A stretch of 64,000 nt of DNA, taken from NCBI GenBank assembly GCA_030704615.1, contig CM060733.1, positions 38,998,001 to 39,062,000 on the forward strand. Direction: 5' to 3'. This stretch comes from Takakia lepidozioides (Eukaryota > Plantae > Bryophyta). Under the pieces are notes generated by a model. It was not told the origin of the DNA. It searched no databases and was given only the letters and a program-made list of their open reading frames with translations. Positions 58,701 to 64,000 of this stretch are shown in pieces; position 1 is the first letter of the stretch; every line of letters starts with the position of its first letter. A program made the translations under genes and the position numbers.

Positions 58701-61700
58701 TGTACTTCACACGATACAGCCTGAAAGGACCAATAAAGAATCAGACACTTGGAAGTCCTCAGTCTAAAAGCAGCCCTCTAACTATTGAAAGTGTGCACCA
58801 AGACTGGAAAGGAAAGAAAAGCTACCTCTTTATAGAGGATGCTCTGGCACGACTGCACACATAGCACAAGTCAGTGAATCTCATGTTAACATCCTGATCA
58901 ACTGCTTTGGAAACTCATGAACTCTGCCTTGTGTCCTGAATTACCACCAAATTCTCTCTCTAAAGATCTGTGTGCACCCAATTGGCCCCACTAGTGAGGG
59001 AAAAGAATCCACCCCCTCCACACAAATGCACTCTTGTGTACAGCACGCATGTATCTTTTGAGTGTATTGTTGTCTTTGTCTGTCTGTCCTCTTCTCATTT
59101 TGCTCTCAAAAACATACAGAATTGTACTGTAATATGCATTAGACCACAGCAAACATACATCTAGGATTACATCCTTGAAAAGTTACTCGCCTACAGCTTA
59201 ATCCTCATGGATTGACAGGTAAAGGTGAGAAGAGAACCTTCAACATTTTATAGACACAATAGATAGAGCACACATATCCAAGAAAATTCTTCAAGTGTCC
59301 CCTCCATGTCCTCGAAAATGCTGCTGCTTCCTGCAAACCCCATCTTATATATACAACAATCAACCCCCTACCTTCTCCTATTCTGACATGTTATTTAAGA
59401 AACTGTTTAAGATTAATTTCCAGTCCACTACCAGAACTGAGCAAAGATGAGAAATACAATGGGCACATGCCATTAACACAGACCACTCAAACCCTAGTGT
59501 TGTAAGGTGGCCTAGTTTCCACCTAAAATAAAATGCAACACTATTGGTAGAAAGAGAGTCTCCTTAGACAGCCTCTGAGTGTCGTCCATTGAAGCTTCCC
59601 AGCAACTGCTGTCCTTCTTTGAAATCCATATAAAACAACCCCTAACTACAAACAATGAAAATAATTACAAGGTTACCTTTGCCTGGCGTAGTTCGTAGAC
59701 TTCCAGGAAGAGCTGCTTTGATATCTCCTCCAAGGTCCTCACCTCGTCCTCCATGACCCGTATCTCTACATGAGGTCCAGCCTCCTATGTTAGTTCCATC
59801 AATTCTAGAATATTAACACTGCACAGGATGACATTCATTTAGACAAGATCCCAGCCTCTGCCGTTACAGCCACAGAAGCTAATTCAATTATGACTCGAAA
59901 GGGTAGTTGAGATTACAGATCTCCTTAACAGATATGCAGAGAGATCAAAAGGTAGAGGTGATAGAAGAGACAATGGGGACAGATAATAGTGCTCATTAGA
60001 TTGCTTTGTCAACACCCCTCTGGCCAAAGGAACTCCAGTTGCTTTCCACCACAACAGGGAGGGTCAGATGAGGGAAAAAGACAGAAGAACAATACTTCAT
60101 TACATTCACATGAGGCAGGGGGCTTATGGGATAGACACACCCAACGAAGATGCTAAGATGTCCAGATAAATTGATACTCTTCAATGGAGAGGCCTAAAGG
60201 TATCAAAATACCTTGCTCCCGTTCATCCTCTTGCCCAGTTCGCACCACAGTTCCCATCCACCGACTCATGAATGACTTTGGGTCTCCTGGCTGGCCCAAT
60301 CCCCCAATCCCAAATCATGTCTTTGTTAAAAAAATGAACAACTTCCCATCACACTCTATCATAATTCTTAATCACTGCCGTAATCATATGTACTTTTAGT
60401 TCTGCCAAAAGCTGAAGTTGAAAGAGTATATGTGTTTCAATCTAAGGGATTCATACCAGAGACTGCTGCTCCAATCCAAATATGCATATTTATAATTCAC
60501 CCATAGTATCCAACGATTATACACTCAAAATCTGTCAGAAAGATGTCCCTCATGTGCTCCATATACACAATCTTGAGGTGACTGGTCTGGTGAACCACTC
60601 CCTGAAAGGATTGCCCTAGCCTCTAGCACAAAATTTCTAAGCAAAAACTCTGCCCAAAAAAAAAAAACATCCAATTTGCAACCGGGCTGTCGAGTTTGCA
60701 TGTGGACAAGTGTCTCCATGAGCACCTTCATGGTCATCGCAGGAAAATACGTTTATAGCTAAACCCTGGTGGGTGCAACCCTCACAAAAGGCTCCAGGAG
60801 GGTTAGTTTCCCGGGTTAGTTTCCCGGGGCATCATTTGCCATAAGGCTATGGCAAGCCAACGTTCGCAGGGAACGGCATGATAAAACTGATTTCAACTTT
60901 CTGCTGCCTTATATGCTTGAAATGTCACCTCTTGGTAGCCCCCATGAAGACGCTCCAACTCCATGCGAGCCTGATTTATCTTCTTCTTCTTCGATATGCC
61001 CATCTCCTGGGCATACATCAGCCTTCTCTCCAGTGCAGAAATCTCTGATTCGTCAATCTCTCTGTCCACACACCAATCCACACAGTATGCCTAATAACTC
61101 ATACACATCTCCCTTGCACACAAGAAATAAAATTCAACAACAAGATACTGAAGTAATATTTTAGCACAAAACAGCGTGCTGTCATGAGGCACCCAGATGG
61201 TTGACATGGGTGTGGTTATAACAACTTCTGAAACCTGAATTTTCTTATTCATCTTCCAATTGCAATTCCTGAGAAAAGTTGGCAACCTTTCTGATCGCTT
61301 GTATTTTAAACAGGACCACCATGGCATCCTATGTTTGGCTATTGTTTTTATATTGACAGGAACTGACAGTACCTGCAATGTCAAGAAAGCAGAAATTACT
61401 CAAAAACAACCAACACGTGCAACCTTTCTCTCGTAGGAACAGAGAGGAAACATGTTTATTTTCTAAGCACTCAAAACGATATTTTCAAGTGCCTGAATGC
61501 TGCAGAGAAAAGTGAAGTTTTTACCTGATGAAGAGAGTGAGATAACCGTATGGAAGGCTTACAGCTCCAAACCCTGACAAGACTGCCATCAAAGACACAC
61601 CAATGACCCCGACTCTGCTGACGAGCTGTGCCATTGTGAAAAAACCTGAGCATTAGACGTCTGTATTAGTACATGGTAAATTGATGGAGTGAAAGACAAT

Positions 61701-63732
61701 CCAGGTCCAACAGTAGGACCTGCAATTTACCATGTTCTCCTGCAGCCATAGACAAACCTACAAAGTAAGCAGAGAGAATCTGAAGATATAGGAAGAATGT
61801 AAAACAAAACCATCTTCATTTCACATAATACCATTTGTTGATGGAAATATGGTTATATCCCTAAGCTTCCATATCTTTGTTGAGTATGCACCTATAGAAA
61901 TGAAATGCTATCCAGTTTTATCATACGTGGTTGTCAGGGCTTGTGCAGTACATTTTACTATAATGGGACCCTTGCTGAGAGAAAGTTCTGTGCTCAGTTT
62001 AGCTCCGATATATGCAGATGTCTAAGTAAATTACAGCTGCACACAGTTATACACAGTCATGGATGAAGCTTCTAGGCCAAGGGTTAAGATCGTATCAAGG
62101 GGTGCTAGGACTTTCTGTCCCAGCAATGGCTAGGTCATCAAGGCGGCATGCACGAGACTGTTCTCATGACAGGATGACTAAAAGGAGGAGGTAGAGGAAG
62201 GAAAGAATGAACCTTTGTCAGGTGAGGGCATGGGGAAGTGGATCCCCATGCGCCAAAATGCGTAGAGAAATGCCATCAGAAACAATATGGCACTCAACAA
62301 GGCCCTCTTCTGGCGAACACCTGTCCAGACAATCAGAGGAAGTCTGTCAATGGTCCAATCTTTAAGGAATAAATATTTGACAAATCTAAAGAATTGCAGA
62401 AAAAATTAAGCATATTCGAGGTTTAGGTAAATTACATTTCTGTTCCTAACGGTTCTGTGCAACAAGGAGGCAGAGATTCACAATATAGACAGCCTTTAAT
62501 TTTGTGCGGTCTTGGATGGTTGCATCCATAAGGTTGGGGCTTGAGGACACGTTTGGATACAAACATTAGAATCTATCACCCTCTTTGGGTTCCATGGTGC
62601 TCTTGTGAGAGGAGGAAACCCTGTGTAGTAAACGCCTGCACTATGTTGAGGTACAATCAACCACTGTTATCTCTGCTGCAGCCAGTTTGATGTCATTGAG
62701 AGGGGAGCCCAACCCCAGGAGGAAGGTGTCTGTACAGTAGACCAGATAATAATGAGGGAGTGAGGGAGGCATGAGGGGAGGCCAGGGACTGACCGTTGTT
62801 CCGCAGTATAAGGTAGCAATGGTAATAGGGCAGCACAAAAACGAGAAGGGTGATCAGACAGAACAAGTCTAATTTCCAATTTATCCACCGCGCTCTGCCA
62901 AGACCACCACACCCACATATTTCACAGATTCAGACTATCTTGACAGATCGCTGTACATTGCTGCACTGACTCCTGCGAAGGTGTGCACGCAGGGACCTCT
63001 GGAATCTGGTAAGAGGCCATGGTCATGAAAAGCTCAAACCTGTGCTCAAACGTAATAGACGTGCATTTCATCACCATGTAAAATCAAAGAATAATGGCCC
63101 TGCATAAGAATGTAGTGATAAGACTCATTCGATCATACAAGACTCCGGTGATGTCAATGGCTCCAAATTTTGAAAGAAGACATCAAATTTAGATTACAGA
63201 AGTGATTGGCCTTTACAGACAAGCCCTCGAGGGTACCTTTAGTTTGCATGCAATGGCTTGAGAATTACATAACTTCCATCAAGTACTTTACCCATATGAA
63301 CCTTCTCTATGAGAACCTTTCTTTGCTAGGAACTGTGCTTTGATTTTTACAATTTTCCTGATGTCCTTTTGGAACCTCCATAAGAAATTTTGCTTCGTCA
63401 ATTCGCTGAAAGCCTTGTGACAAACTGTTTAACCCAAGTCCAAGGTCCTCACCCCTGCTTTTAACCTCACAAAGGCACACAAAAATGTTCAAGCAAAGGT
63501 TTCAAGAATGAACTTACTGCTTTGAAAGGACAGGGATGATCTCGAGCAGCACAAGCTGCAATAGATTGCAGGAAAACGCAAACACAACACTAAACAAAAC
63601 CTGCACCAAAACGCGCTTCTCCTCATAGTCTTTGTACAATTTCCTGTTCAGGAACCATAACCCTATCCATCCAAGCGCGCCAAGGGAACTCCCCACCACA
63701 AGCCCTTCATAGATAACCATGCCCGCCCCCAT
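55774..63732 (-). CDS. GTG: GPCR-type G protein (GTG/GPR89 family), 13 coding exons
   Basis: Exons 63732-63518, 62894-62794, 62320-62213, 61645-61525, 61061-60929, 60290-60212, 59765-59677, 59330-59238, 58852-58826, 58453-58361, 57939-57868, 57655-57522 and 55927-55774, all GT-AG. Motifs include [56 protein letters not shown] and [19 protein letters not shown]. Confidence 0.95.
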
Positions 63733-64000
63733 CTCTGTGAGCCCGCCGTCCCTATTACTCGGGTCGAATCATAAGAACACGTTCCCCCGTTCTCGTACTT
63801 CTTCTTTTCTGTACTGTGGCTGCCGATATCCAGGTCAGATTGTCGGAGCTAATCCCTTGCTTGATTGTACTTGTACACTCTGTCTGTAATCAATGACGAA
63901 GCGAAACTCCGAGACACAATCAAACCATTGCTAGTGTTGACTTGTTCAGCCGTCTATCTCTCTCTCATTCACCAAAGAGAAGACTTCGTGATCCTGACTC

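Overview
Eukaryotic nuclear DNA with spliceosomal introns, most likely from a seed-free land plant. It carries the flagellar gene PACRG next to plant-type GTG and OXS3-like genes; a bryophyte source is a guess. The left 23.5 kb holds two highly diverged, oppositely oriented copies of one cassette. Each has a Mutator-like transposase (GCM-type Zn domain, DDE core; a SWIM finger is visible in copy A) transcribed divergently from a multi-exon gene encoding a ParB/Srx-like domain fused to a prokaryote-type beta-class N6A/N4C methyltransferase fold. Each ParB-MTase gene has, in its introns, its own array of a family-specific palindrome with a CG-N4-CG core (A: TGAATGKCGTTGACGMCATTCA; B: TMTSCGCCGGCGSAKA). 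This transposase + ParB-MTase + cognate palindrome array module is the main candidate for an undescribed system, possibly parS-like loading or VANC-like anti-silencing/self-marking. Both copies carry stops or frameshifts. After a 500-N gap come a long GATAAG-rich upstream region, an OXS3-like gene (+), PACRG (-), a decayed near-full-length LINE (-), several MITE/CACTA remnants and a 13-exon GTG gene (-). All domain assignments come from motif recognition by eye; no database search was run.
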